DNA from: Macrostomum hystrix
Taxonomy: Eukaryota > Animalia > Platyhelminthes
DNA length: 64,000 bases
Direction: 5' to 3'
Assembly: GCA_950097015.1 (NCBI GenBank)
Contig: CATNEN010000038.1
Span: 19,406,001 to 19,470,000 of the forward strand
The notes below the pieces were generated by a model. It was not told where the DNA came from, made no database searches, and saw only the letters and a list, made by a program, of their open reading frames with translations. Position 1 is the stretch's first letter, and each line of letters starts with the position of its first letter. Positions 12,398 to 30,900 of this stretch are shown in pieces. The translations under genes were made by a program, and so were the position numbers.

Positions 12398-14245
12398 ACT
12401 TCCATCTTTATAAGTTTTGTCTCTGAAGGACATTACATAAGTTTTTAGCCATGTCAATGCACTCATTTTTTGCAATGTATGGTAGTAGTAGTATAGTATG
12501 GTTCGAATCATTTTGTATTCATGTTTATCTTTTTGCATTGCTAAACTGGAACATTTGTCTGTTTGTTTTGTCAATAACACATGAAAAAGATAATCAGGCA
12601 GCCAGCCAATTCAGCTATTTTGATAGCTAAGGACTTTTTTATTTTTTGCTGTTCAGAAGCTTCCTTTACTTGGAGAGTTTCTATGTTTATTTCATTTGTA
12701 GCTACATTTCCAAATAGAAATGTCCGTTACAATATACAAAACATGACGATTGATGATTAGAACAAATAAAGCACAGATTCTAATGTGGGATTTTACCATG
12801 GCAAAAATGCAAAAGTGTATTTGAATGTACAAGAGCCATAAGTAGGAAGAATTAAAGGGAAAATGCATGTAAATTATACAGTACACGATGCAATGCAAAT
12901 CAGCAAATGATGAGATTACATTACAATATATTAACATTACCATTAATATTGTCATTGACATGATCACGAGTCATGAATGATCACAATGGAGTTGGACTGA
13001 CTTGCAAGCAAATTTAACGATCTGAAAAGAAGGGAAGGAAAAGTGATTCATATTTTATAAATTTATAACCATCCATTTTCTCTTAATTTTGCTATTTTAC
13101 AAGTGCCTCATATAAAATCAAATGTAAAAATCGATGTTTTTTAAATCTCAAATCTTGGCATTTTTTCAAATCGAGATTCGATCAAGAAAATGGTCAAAAT
13201 CTCTCGCATATCGATCGTGAGATCGAGATCTCGTCCGACCCTTAGTGTAGGCCTATCACACATGTAAAACCATTAATATTATTTTATGAAATCAGTCTAT
13301 ATTTTATTTAACCAAATTTATTCTAACATCATAATTTAATTAGGATTGTTTATAACAGTGGACTTAGACACTTCTTTATTTTGTGAGGTTTTGTCTGGTA
13401 AATTCTCAAAACTCACACAAACTCACTCTGAAGTGAAACAACTGCTCATTATTAAATTAATTATTATATGCCTTAGGCTTAATATATTTCCTTTCCATAT
13501 GGCTAGGCTAGGGGGCCTATAGGCTTTATATTATTTACTAACTTGATTTCTTATTAGAGATTGTATTTTATATTGTGTTTGATTGTGTTTAGGTTAATAA
13601 TTAGCCACTCATACTGTATTCTGCAGAATATTATATTTGTGCTGAGCCAGTCAATTGAAAAATTATAGTTTTCATTTTCATAGCCATGCTTATGAATTGT
13701 ATAATTGAAGTATGTTTCTCTTTTTTATGAATAATGACTATGATGTAAAAGTAGGCTATACATATATTGTAGGGCCTATATAGATAAACTGTGATTTGTA
13801 CATTTTACTACAAAATTTTCTGCTGCATTAAATTGTATTTAGCTACACACAATCAAGTATTTTCATATAATTAATTACACCTGCAAAATTAGGCCAGATG
13901 TACAGGTTCTGATAGCAGAGCCACAGCTATTGCATGGTGTATCTGCAGGTTGTACTACATATACAACTGTTCAGTCCATGGACTGGGGGGATGCTACAAT
14001 CATACTCAATGCTTCTAGCTAATGTTAAGTACCTATTTACCATATTTATTAACCAAATAAGAGCAATTTTTTACATTTCAAGTCACTATTCTGTTACTTT
14101 AAACTGCAAGCTACAAACCTTTCTGTCTGCCTATACTAAAATACAGTTAATAATATCAGGCTTAGCTAGCTTTTGATTATTGTATAATTTGCGTCAGTTA
14201 ATATTGGTGTTTTTTTAATAACACAGTTTACAGGCAGCATCAAAG

Positions 14246-18130
<3,885 letters not shown>

Positions 18131-18230
18131 TGCCGCGATGACACGAGACGGTTTGGGGAGCTTCTGAGGGCAAGGCGCATTAGCGGGCTTTTACACCTGT
18201 GTCATTTTCTAATTATGAATATCATTCATT

Positions 18231-18778
18231 GATGACCAGTGTCATTCACCGATGACTAGTGTCATTCACCGATGACTAGTGTCATTCACCGATGACCAGT
18301 GTCATTCACCGATGACTAGTGTCATTCACCGATGACCAGTGTCATTCACCGATGACCAGTGTCATTCACCGATGACCAGTGTCATTCACCGATGACCAGT
18401 GTCATTCACCGATGACCAGTGTCATTCACCGATGACTAGTGTCATTCTCTGATGACCAGTGTCATTCACCGATGACCAGTGTCATTCACCGATGACCAGT
18501 GTCATTCACCGATGACCAGTGTCATTCACCGATGACCAGTGTCATTCACCGATGACTAGTGTCATTCTCTGATGACCAGTGTCATTCACCGATGACCAGT
18601 GTCATTCACCGATGACTAGTGTCATTCACCGATGACCAGTGTCATTCTCTGATGACCAGTGTCATTCACCGATGACTAGTGTCATTCACCGATGACCAGT
18701 GTCATTCTCTGATGACCAGTGTCATTCTCTGATGACCAGTGTCATTCTTACGATTATCGACGTCATTCACCGATGATC
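18231..18778. repeat. 20-bp minisatellite (GTCATTCACCGATGACYAGT) in the probable Rab10 3' UTR
   Basis: ~26 copies starting 100 nt after the stop codon; first AATAAA at 19065. Confidence 0.95.
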
Positions 18779-19379
18779 AATTTCTTCTTATGACTTGTGT
18801 CATACTAATATGACTAGAGCCCAACGATGCGCTGCCGTCTTCTCTCCATTGTGCCCCTCCACGCTCGTTAATTACTCCGCTAAAATTAGTGTTTTTGCAA
18901 AGGTATTTTGATTATGATAGCTTTTTGTATTTTTATCTGCTCTTTGCCCAAAATCGCGCATTGAAAATATATTAATAGCGCGTTGCCTATTTCTATATAA
19001 ACACACTTACATTACTACTTATATGCCTGTAATACACATATACCACTGCAAAAATCTGCGTAAAAATAAATCAATATTTGTGTACAGTGGTTTAGCTCCG
19101 CTTCCCTGGCAGTCTGCTTCAAATTTTATTTTGCGGTCTAGTTAGTGCAAAATATGATTGATTTATTTATATGTACTCTTTTTTACCCTATAACTCGTAT
19201 GCTTGATATGTGTTTATATAACCTTATGCTGAGACCCGTTAATGTTCTGTATTTTATTTAACTCGGACTCGAAAACTTTTTATGCTCTTTTTTTCAAAGA
19301 TTTATTCGCTTCTACACTGAGTAGCATGCCAGTGTTTTTTAATTGCTACTACTATGAGTAGTTTCGCTTATAAATACCC

Positions 19380-19565
19380 GATTATAAACTTTAAAAAGGC
19401 TTCTAGTCCGTGGACTAGGAAAGCCGCGACGATCCAAAAAATTTCTTGGTCCCACCTGATGCTGCTAATCCATTTTACGGCTAGGTGAATTACTGAAGAT
19501 ATTGAAAATTTTGTGTCCTGCTCGAGGGCTCCAATTGATTCCCTTAGATTGAGATTCGAACTCAT
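19380..19565 (-). mobile_element. Possible decayed hAT-like transposase fragment
   Basis: LRESIGALEQDTKFSISSVIH resembles the hAT 'eaT..le.d..tiS.v.p' segment. The downstream WIVAAFL becomes an FL(D)PRTR-like motif if a 1-nt deletion is assumed. Confidence 0.3.
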
Positions 19566-20278
19566 GACCTCTCGGTCAGAAAATAGAAATGTTTTTTTAT
19601 TCTAAAAAGTCAGAATGGCAATACAAAATGTCTAGGCAATCTAATTCTTGTCCTTGATTATACGGCCTGGTTGCTTTTTTAGTTCTTAGAGTTTTACATT
19701 TGCTTTGTAATTGAGTTTTTCTGTCATTTTCGAAGGCGCTTAAACGAGGTCGCGTTAGACTACTGACAGTAGCAATGCGTAAAGTAAATATTCTAATTAA
19801 ACGTAGAGCATTCCTAAAACGCGGCCTTTGCCTCTCAATCTTCTTGGTTAGCAAATAAGCTTTTATACCAAATTGAACTGTGTGCAATTGTCCATTACTT
19901 TTTTATGTACTTTTAAACAAACTTTTATTTCTTTTATCGTTCTTTAACTTTTCCCTAAGAATTTTTTTGCCGCGTAAAATTTTTATGTCATATTGGATCT
20001 TGTTATGTGTATTAAATCAGATTTAGAACGATTCTTAGACTTTTTCCTATGAAATTGAACTTCTGGTATAATACGAGAGTATATATATATTGCACTAATT
20101 ATGCTTTACCCTAGTCAAATAATGACGACTTCGCACAACGTCTGTGTGAATTGAATAATATAATTTTAACTTTTACATCATACAGCATGCTTCATCAAAA
20201 TGTGCTTTTATGCAGTTACTCATAGCTTGTTTTTCCGTGGTTCTGAACAAATGGAGCGTTAATTAATTTGTACCTGTA

Positions 20279-21349
20279 GTCATTCAGTAGGTCAGTTCAG
20301 TAGGTTAACCCATGACCTTCCTCGTCATTCAGTAAGTTAAGCCGTGACCTTGCACGGGTCATTTAGTAGGTTATGCCATGACCTTCCACGGTTCATTCAG
20401 TATGTTAAGCCATGACCTTCCACGTGCCATTCAGTATGTTAAGCCGTGACCTTCCATGGTTCATTCAGTAGGTTAGGCCATGACCTTCCACGGGTCATTC
20501 AGTAGGTTAAGCCATGACCTTCCACGGGTCATTCAGTAGGTTATGCCACGAACTTCCACGGGTCATTCAGTATGTTAAGCCGTGACCTTCCACGTGCCAT
20601 TCAGTATGTTAAGCCACGAACTTCCACGTGTCATTCAGTATGTTAAGCCGTGACCTTCCATGGTTCATTCAGTAGGTTAGGCCATGACCTTCCACGGGTC
20701 ATTCAGTAGGTTAAGCCATGACCTTCCACGGGTCATTCAGTAGGTTATGCCACGAACTTCCACGGGTCATTCAGTATGTTAAGCCGTGACCTTCCACGTG
20801 CCATTCAGTATGTTAAGCCACGAACTTCCACGTGTCATTCAGTATGTTAAGCCGTGACCTTCCATGGTTCATTCAGTAGGTTAGGCCATGACCTTCCACG
20901 GGTCATTCAGTAGGTTAAGCCATGACCTTCCACGGGTCATTCAGTAGGTTAAGCCACGAACTTCCACGGGTCATTCAGTATGTTAAGCCGTGACCTTCCA
21001 CGGTTCATTCAACATGTTAAGCCATGACCTTCCACGGGTCATTCAGTATGTTAAGCCATGACCTTCCACGGGTCATTCAGTATGTTAAGCCATGACCTTC
21101 CACGGGTCATTCAGTATGTTAAGCCGTGACCTTCCACGGGTCCTTCAGTATGTTAAGCCGTGGCCTTCCACGGGTCCTTCAGTATGTTAAGCCGTGAACT
21201 TCCACGGGTCATTCAGTAGGTTAAGCCGTGACCTTCCACGGTTCATTCAGTAGGTTAGGCGATGACCTTCCACGGGTCATTCAGTAGGTTAGGCGATGAC
21301 CTTCCACGGGTCATTCAGTAGGTCAGCCATGACCTTCCCCGGGTCATTC
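20279..21349. repeat. 34-bp minisatellite (GTCATTCAGTAKGTTAAGCCRTGACCTTCCACGG)
   Basis: ~31 tandem copies with internal block duplications. Confidence 0.95.
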
Positions 21350-21911
21350 GTTCATAATATATAATTGAAGCAGCAGAAATATTTCTAAATAAAATCTTTT
21401 TTTGACGGGTCAATTGCTTTCTCTGGAAATTGTTGATTGCGTTGCCAAATTGTTTTGCAAAAACAATAGTAGTTTTAGCAACTCTATATTGGTTTCAATA
21501 GCAAGTTTCTTTTTATATATTTTCTTGCATATTTGTCCCTCGTCTTGATTGTATTAAGATTTATTGTTGCATAATTGCTCGCAAATGCTTTAGCAATGTC
21601 TGTTCTCTGTTTTGTCCTTATTTTATCGGGCAAGGCGCAACGCACTTACTGGCATCATTAATGTTTTATTATACTGTGCGCTAAATCCCAAAAACTGCTT
21701 TCAGCCTTCTATTGAATACATAGCCGCCGTGTTTTAATTACCCTTTCCTAGAAGCATATATTCAGGCTGCCTACGACAAAAGTTAAGAGCTAATCAGTTG
21801 CTGTTTTTTCGAATTTCGTCAATTTTAAATTTTTATTTGTTTATATCGAAATGATAAAAACGACACAAGTACTGTTGGGATGGATGTGCATTCAGTGACA
21901 GCCGCGCAGGC

Positions 21912-24900
21912 GGTATATTAGATGGATGAATGCAGAGGTATATTAGATGGATGAGCGCAGACGTATATTAGATGGATGAATGCACAGGTATATTAGATGG
22001 ATGAGCGCAGACGTATATTAGATGGATGAATGCAGAGGTATATTAGATGGATGAATGCACAGGTATATTAGATGGATGAGCGCAGACGTATATTAGATGG
22101 ATGAATGCAGAGGTATATTAGATGGATGAGCACACAGGTATATTAGATGGATGAATGCAGAGGTATATTAGATGGATGAATGCAGAGGTATATTAGATGG
22201 ATGAGCACACAGGTATATTAGATGGATGAATGCAGAGGTATATTAGATGGATGAGCGCAGACGTATATTAGATGGATGAATGCACAGGTATATTAGATGG
22301 ATGAGCGCAGACGTATATTAGATGGATGAATGCAGAGGTATATTAGATGGATGAATGCACAGGTATATTAGATGGATGAGCGCAGACGTATATTAGATGG
22401 ATGAATGCAGAGGTATATTAGATGGATGAGCACACAGGTATATTAGATGGATGAATGCAGAGGTATATTAGATGGATGAATGCAGAGGTATATTAGATGG
22501 ATGAGCGCAGACGTATATTAAATGGATGAATGCAATGGTATATTAGATGGATGAATGCAGAGGTATATTAGATGGATGAATGCAGAGGTATATTAGATGG
22601 ATGAGCGCAGACGTATATTAAATGGATGAATGCAATGGTATATCAGATGGATGAATGCAGAGGTATATTAGATGGATGAATGCAGAGGTATATTAGATGG
22701 ATGAATGCAGAGGTATATTAGATGGATGAGCGCAGAGGTATATTAGATGGATGAGCACACAGGTATATTAGATGGATGAATGCAGAGGTATATTAGATTG
22801 GATGAATGCAGAGGTATATTAGATGGATGAGCACACAGGTATATTAGATGGATGAGCACAGAGGTATATTAGATGGATGAATGCAGAGGTATATTAGATG
22901 GATGAGCGCGGAGGTATATTAGATGGATGAATGCAGAGGTATATTAGATGGATGAATGCAGAGGTATATTAGATGGATGAGCACACAGGTATATTAGATG
23001 GATGAATGCAGAGGTATATTAGATGGATGAGCACACAGGTATATTAGATGGATGAATGCAGAGGTATATTAGATGGATGAATGCAGAGGTATATTAGATG
23101 GATGAATGCAGAGGTATATTAGATGGATGAATGCAGAGGTATATTAGATGGATGAGCACACAGGTATATTAGATGGATGAGCACAGAGGTATATTAGATG
23201 GATGAATGCAGAGGTATATTAGATGGATGAGCGCGGAGGTATATTAGATGGATGAATGCAGAGGTATATTGATGGATGAATGCAGAGGTATATTAGATGG
23301 ATGAGCGCAGACGTATATTAAATGGATGAATGCAATGGTATATTAGATGGATGAATGCAGAGGTATATTAGATGGATGAATGCAGAGGTATATTAGATGG
23401 ATGAGCGCAGACGTATATTAAATGGATGAATGCAATGGTATATTAGATGGATGAATGCAGAGGTATATTAGATGGATGAATGCAGAGGTATATTAGATGG
23501 ATGAATGCAGAGGTATATTAGATGGATGAGCGCAGAGGTATATTAGATGGATGAGCACACAGGTATATTAGATGGATGAATGCAGAGGTATATTAGATTG
23601 GATGAATGCAGAGGTATATTAGATGGATGAGCACACAGGTATATTAGATGGATGAGCACAGAGGTATATTAGATGGATGAATGCAGAGGTATATTAGATG
23701 GATGAGCGCGGAGGTATATTAGATGGATGAATGCAGAGGTATATTAGATGGATGAATGCAGAGGTATATTAGATGGATGAGCACACAGGTATATTAGATG
23801 GATGAATGCAGAGGTATATTAGATGGATGAGCACACAGGTATATTAGATGGATGAATGCAGAGGTATATTAGATGGATGAATGCAGAGGTATATTAGATG
23901 GATGAATGCAGAGGTATATTAGATGGATGAATGCAGAGGTATATTAGATGGATGAGCACACAGGTATATTAGATGGATGAGCACAGAGGTATATTAGATG
24001 GATGAATGCAGAGGTATATTAGATGGATGAGCGCGGAGGTATATTAGATGGATGAATGCAGAGGTATATTAGATGGATGAATGCAGAGGTATATTAGATG
24101 GATGAATGCAGAGGTATATTAGATGGATGAATGCAGAGGTATATTAGATGGATGAATGCAGAGGTATATTAGATGGATGAGCGCAGAGGTATATTAGATG
24201 GATGAGCACACAGGTATATTAGATAGATGAATGCAGAGGTATATTAGATTGGATGAATGCAGAGGTATATTAGATGGATGAGCACACAGGTATATTAGAT
24301 GGATGAGCACAGAGGTATATTAGATGGATGAATGCAGAGGTATATTAGATGGATGAGCGCGGAGGTATATTAGATGGATGAATGCAGAGGTATATTAGAT
24401 GGATGAGCGCAGAGGTATATTAGATGGATGAATGCAGAGGTATATTAGATGGATGAGCGCAGAGGTATATTAGATGGATGAATGCAGAGGTATATTAGAT
24501 GGATGAGCACACAGGTATATTAGATGGATGAGCACAGAGGTATATTAGATGGATGAATGCAGAGGTATATTAGATGGATGAGCACACAGGTATATTAGAT
24601 GGATGAGCGCAGAGGTATATTAGATGGATGAGCACACAGGTATATTAGATGGATGAATGCAGAGGTATATTAGATTGGATGAATGCAGAGGTATATTAGA
24701 TGGATGAGCACACAGGTATATTAGATGGATGAGCACAGAGGTATATTAGATGGATGAATGCAGAGGTATATTAGATGGATGAGCGCGGAGGTATATTAGA
24801 TGGATGAATGCAGAGGTATATTAGATGGATGAATGCAGAGGTATATTAGATGGATGAGCACACAGGTATATTAGATGGATGAATGCAGAGGTATATTAGA

Positions 24901-27900
24901 TGGATGAGCACACAGGTATATTAGATGGATGAATGCAGAGGTATATTAGATGGATGAATGCAGAGGTATATTAGATGGATGAATGCAGAGGTATATTAGA
25001 TGGATGAATGCAGAGGTATATTAGATGGATGAGCACACAGGTATATTAGATGGATGAGCACAGAGGTATATTAGATGGATGAATGCAGAGGTATATTAGA
25101 TGGATGAGCGCGGAGGTATATTAGATGGATGAATGCAGAGGTATATTAGATGGATGAATGCAGAGGTATATTAGATGGATGAGCGCAGACGTATATTAAA
25201 TGGATGAATGCAATGGTATATTAGATGGATGAATGCAGAGGTATATTAGATGGATGAATGCAGAGGTATATTAGATGGATGAGCGCAGACGTATATTAAA
25301 TGGATGAATGCAATGGTATATTAGATGGATGAATGCAGAGGTATATTAGATGGATGAATGCAGAGGTATATTAGATGGATGAATGCAGAGGTATATTAGA
25401 TGGATGAGCGCAGAGGTATATTAGATGGATGAGCACACAGGTATATTAGATGGATGAATGCAGAGGTATATTAGATTGGATGAATGCAGAGGTATATTAG
25501 ATGGATGAGCACACAGGTATATTAGATGGATGAGCACAGAGGTATATTAGATGGATGAATGCAGAGGTATATTAGATGGATGAGCGCGGAGGTATATTAG
25601 ATGGATGAATGCAGAGGTATATTAGATGGATGAATGCAGAGGTATATTAGATGGATGAGCACACAGGTATATTAGATGGATGAATGCAGAGGTATATTAG
25701 ATGGATGAGCACACAGGTATATTAGATGGATGAATGCAGAGGTATATTAGATGGATGAATGCAGAGGTATATTAGATGGATGAATGCAGAGGTATATTAG
25801 ATGGATGAATGCAGAGGTATATTAGATGGATGAGCACACAGGTATATTAGATGGATGAGCACAGAGGTATATTAGATGGATGAATGCAGAGGTATATTAG
25901 ATGGATGAGCGCGGAGGTATATTAGATGGATGAATGCAGAGGTATATTAGATGGATGAATGCAGAGGTATATTAGATGGATGAATGCAGAGGTATATTAG
26001 ATGGATGAATGCAGAGGTATATTAGATGGATGAATGCAGAGGTATATTAGATGGATGAGCGCAGAGGTATATTAGATGGATGAGCACACAGGTATATTAG
26101 ATAGATGAATGCAGAGGTATATTAGATTGGATGAATGCAGAGGTATATTAGATGGATGAGCACACAGGTATATTAGATGGATGAGCACAGAGGTATATTA
26201 GATGGATGAATGCAGAGGTATATTAGATGGATGAGCGCGGAGGTATATTAGATGGATGAATGCAGAGGTATATTAGATGGATGAGCGCAGAGGTATATTA
26301 GATGGATGAATGCAGAGGTATATTAGATGGATGAGCGCAGAGGTATATTAGATGGATGAATGCAGAGGTATATTAGATGGATGAGCACACAGGTATATTA
26401 GATGGATGAGCACAGAGGTATATTAGATGGATGAATGCAGAGGTATATTAGATGGATGAGCACACAGGTATATTAGATGGATGAGCGCAGAGGTATATTA
26501 GATGGATGAGCACACAGGTATATTAGATGGATGAATGCAGAGGTATATTAGATGGATGAATGCAGAGGTATATTAGATGGATGAGCGCAGACGTATATTA
26601 AATGGATGAATGCAATGGTATATTAGATGGATGAATGCAGAGGTATATTAGATGGATGAATGCAGAGGTATATTAGATGGATGAGCGCAGACGTATATTA
26701 AATGGATGAATGCAATGGTATATTAGATGGATGAATGCAGAGGTATATTAGATGGATGAATGCAGAGGTATATTAGATGGATGAATGCAGAGGTATATTA
26801 GATGGATGAGCGCAGAGGTATATTAGATGGATGAGCACACAGGTATATTAGATGGATGAATGCAGAGGTATATTAGATTGGATGAATGCAGAGGTATATT
26901 AGATGGATGAGCACACAGGTATATTAGATGGATGAGCACAGAGGTATATTAGATGGATGAATGCAGAGGTATATTAGATGGATGAGCGCGGAGGTATATT
27001 AGATGGATGAATGCAGAGGTATATTAGATGGATGAATGCAGAGGTATATTAGATGGATGAGCACACAGGTATATTAGATGGATGAATGCAGAGGTATATT
27101 AGATGGATGAGCACACAGGTATATTAGATGGATGAATGCAGAGGTATATTAGATGGATGAATGCAGAGGTATATTAGATGGATGAATGCAGAGGTATATT
27201 AGATGGATGAATGCAGAGGTATATTAGATGGATGAGCACACAGGTATATTAGATGGATGAGCACAGAGGTATATTAGATGGATGAATGCAGAGGTATATT
27301 AGATGGATGAGCGCGGAGGTATATTAGATGGATGAATGCAGAGGTATATTAGATGGATGAATGCAGAGGTATATTAGATGGATGAATGCAGAGGTATATT
27401 AGATGGATGAATGCAGAGGTATATTAGATGGATGAATGCAGAGGTATATTAGATGGATGAGCGCAGAGGTATATTAGATGGATGAGCACACAGGTATATT
27501 AGATAGATGAATGCAGAGGTATATTAGATTGGATGAATGCAGAGGTATATTAGATGGATGAGCACACAGGTATATTAGATGGATGAGCACAGAGGTATAT
27601 TAGATGGATGAATGCAGAGGTATATTAGATGGATGAGCGCGGAGGTATATTAGATGGATGAATGCAGAGGTATATTAGATGGATGAGCGCAGAGGTATAT
27701 TAGATGGATGAATGCAGAGGTATATTAGATGGATGAGCGCAGAGGTATATTAGATGGATGAATGCAGAGGTATATTAGATGGATGAGCACACAGGTATAT
27801 TAGATGGATGAGCACAGAGGTATATTAGATGGATGAATGCAGAGGTATATTAGATGGATGAGCACACAGGTATATTAGATGGATGAGCGCAGAGGTATAT

Positions 27901-30900
27901 TAGATGGATGAGCACACAGGTATATTAGATGGATGAGCACAGAGGTATATTAGATGGATGAATGCAGAGGTATATTAGATGGATGAGCGCGGAGGTATAT
28001 TAGATGGATGAATGCAGAGGTATATTAGATGGATGAATGCAGAGGTATATTAGATGGATGAGCACACAGGTATATTAGATGGATGAATGCAGAGGTATAT
28101 TAGATGGATGAGCACACAGGTATATTAGATGGATGAATGCAGAGGTATATTAGATGGATGAATGCAGAGGTATATTAGATGGATGAATGCAGAGGTATAT
28201 TAGATGGATGAATGCAGAGGTATATTAGATGGATGAGCACACAGGTATATTAGATGGATGAGCACAGAGGTATATTAGATGGATGAATGCAGAGGTATAT
28301 TAGATGGATGAGCGCGGAGGTATATTAGATGGATGAATGCAGAGGTATATTAGATGGATGAATGCAGAGGTATATTAGATGGATGAGCGCAGACGTATAT
28401 TAAATGGATGAATGCAATGGTATATTAGATGGATGAATGCAGAGGTATATTAGATGGATGAATGCAGAGGTATATTAGATGGATGAGCGCAGACGTATAT
28501 TAAATGGATGAATGCAATGGTATATTAGATGGATGAATGCAGAGGTATATTAGATGGATGAATGCAGAGGTATATTAGATGGATGAATGCAGAGGTATAT
28601 TAGATGGATGAGCGCAGAGGTATATTAGATGGATGAGCACACAGGTATATTAGATGGATGAATGCAGAGGTATATTAGATTGGATGAATGCAGAGGTATA
28701 TTAGATGGATGAGCACACAGGTATATTAGATGGATGAGCACAGAGGTATATTAGATGGATGAATGCAGAGGTATATTAGATGGATGAGCGCGGAGGTATA
28801 TTAGATGGATGAATGCAGAGGTATATTAGATGGATGAATGCAGAGGTATATTAGATGGATGAGCACACAGGTATATTAGATGGATGAATGCAGAGGTATA
28901 TTAGATGGATGAGCACACAGGTATATTAGATGGATGAATGCAGAGGTATATTAGATGGATGAATGCAGAGGTATATTAGATGGATGAATGCAGAGGTATA
29001 TTAGATGGATGAATGCAGAGGTATATTAGATGGATGAGCACACAGGTATATTAGATGGATGAGCACAGAGGTATATTAGATGGATGAATGCAGAGGTATA
29101 TTAGATGGATGAGCGCGGAGGTATATTAGATGGATGAATGCAGAGGTATATTAGATGGATGAATGCAGAGGTATATTAGATGGATGAATGCAGAGGTATA
29201 TTAGATGGATGAATGCAGAGGTATATTAGATGGATGAATGCAGAGGTATATTAGATGGATGAGCGCAGAGGTATATTAGATGGATGAGCACACAGGTATA
29301 TTAGATAGATGAATGCAGAGGTATATTAGATTGGATGAATGCAGAGGTATATTAGATGGATGAGCACACAGGTATATTAGATGGATGAGCACAGAGGTAT
29401 ATTAGATGGATGAATGCAGAGGTATATTAGATGGATGAGCGCGGAGGTATATTAGATGGATGAATGCAGAGGTATATTAGATGGATGAGCGCAGAGGTAT
29501 ATTAGATGGATGAATGCAGAGGTATATTAGATGGATGAGCGCAGAGGTATATTAGATGGATGAATGCAGAGGTATATTAGATGGATGAGCACACAGGTAT
29601 ATTAGATGGATGAGCACAGAGGTATATTAGATGGATGAATGCAGAGGTATATTAGATGGATGAGCACACAGGTATATTAGATGGATGAGCGCAGAGGTAT
29701 ATTAGATGGATGAGCACACAGGTATATTAGATGGATGAATGCAGAGGTATATTAGATTGGATGAATGCAGAGGTATATTAGATGGATGAGCACACAGGTA
29801 TATTAGATGGATGAGCACAGAGGTATATTAGATGGATGAATGCAGAGGTATATTAGATGGATGAGCGCGGAGGTATATTAGATGGATGAATGCAGAGGTA
29901 TATTAGATGGATGAGCGCGGAGGTATATTAGATGGATGAATGCAGAGGTATATTAGATGGATGAGCACACAGGTATATTAGATGGATGAGCGCAGAGGTA
30001 TATTAGATGGATGAATGCAGACGTATATTAGATGGATGAGCACACAGGTATATTAGATGGATGAATGCAGAGGTATATTAGATGGATGAGCGCAGAGTAT
30101 ATTAAATGGATGAATGCAGAGGTATATTAGATGGATGAATGCAGAGGTATATTAGATGGATGAGCACACAGGTATATTAGATGGATGAATGCAGAGGTAT
30201 ATTAGATGGATGAGCACACAGGTATATTAGATGGATGAGCGCAGAGGTATATTAGATGGATGAATGCAGAGGTATATTAGATGGATGAATGCAGAGGTAT
30301 ATTAGATGGATGAGCACACAGGTATATTAGATGGATGAGCGCAGAGGTATATTAAATGGATGAGCACACAGGTATATTAGATGGATGAATGCAGAGGTAT
30401 ATTAGATGGATGAATGCAGAGGTATATTAGATGGATGAGCACACAGGTATATTAGATGGATGAATGCAGAGGTATATTAGATGGATGAGCACACAGGTAT
30501 ATTAGATGGATGAATGCAGAGGTATATTAGATGGATGAGCACAGAGGTATATTAGATGAATGAGCGCAGAGGTATTTTAGATGGATGAGCGCAGAGGTAT
30601 ATTAGATGGATGAATGCAGAGGTATATTAGATGGATGAATGCAGAGGTATATTAGATGGATGAATGCAGAGGTATATTAGATGGATGAGCACAGAGGTAT
30701 ATTAGATGAATGAGCACAGAGGTATATTAGATGGATGAGCGTAGAGGTATATTAGATGGATGAATGCAGAGGTATATTAGATGGATGAGCACAGAGGTAT
30801 ATTAGATGGATGAGCGCAGAGGTATATTAGATGGATGAATGCAGAGGTATATTAGATGGATGAGCGCAGAGGTATATTAGATGGATGAGCACACAGGTAT

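Noticed and set aside
13130-13243. ATCG/GAGAT-rich stretch ending CGACCCT, resembling a hAT-type end
   Set aside because: No matching opposite end or TSD was found.
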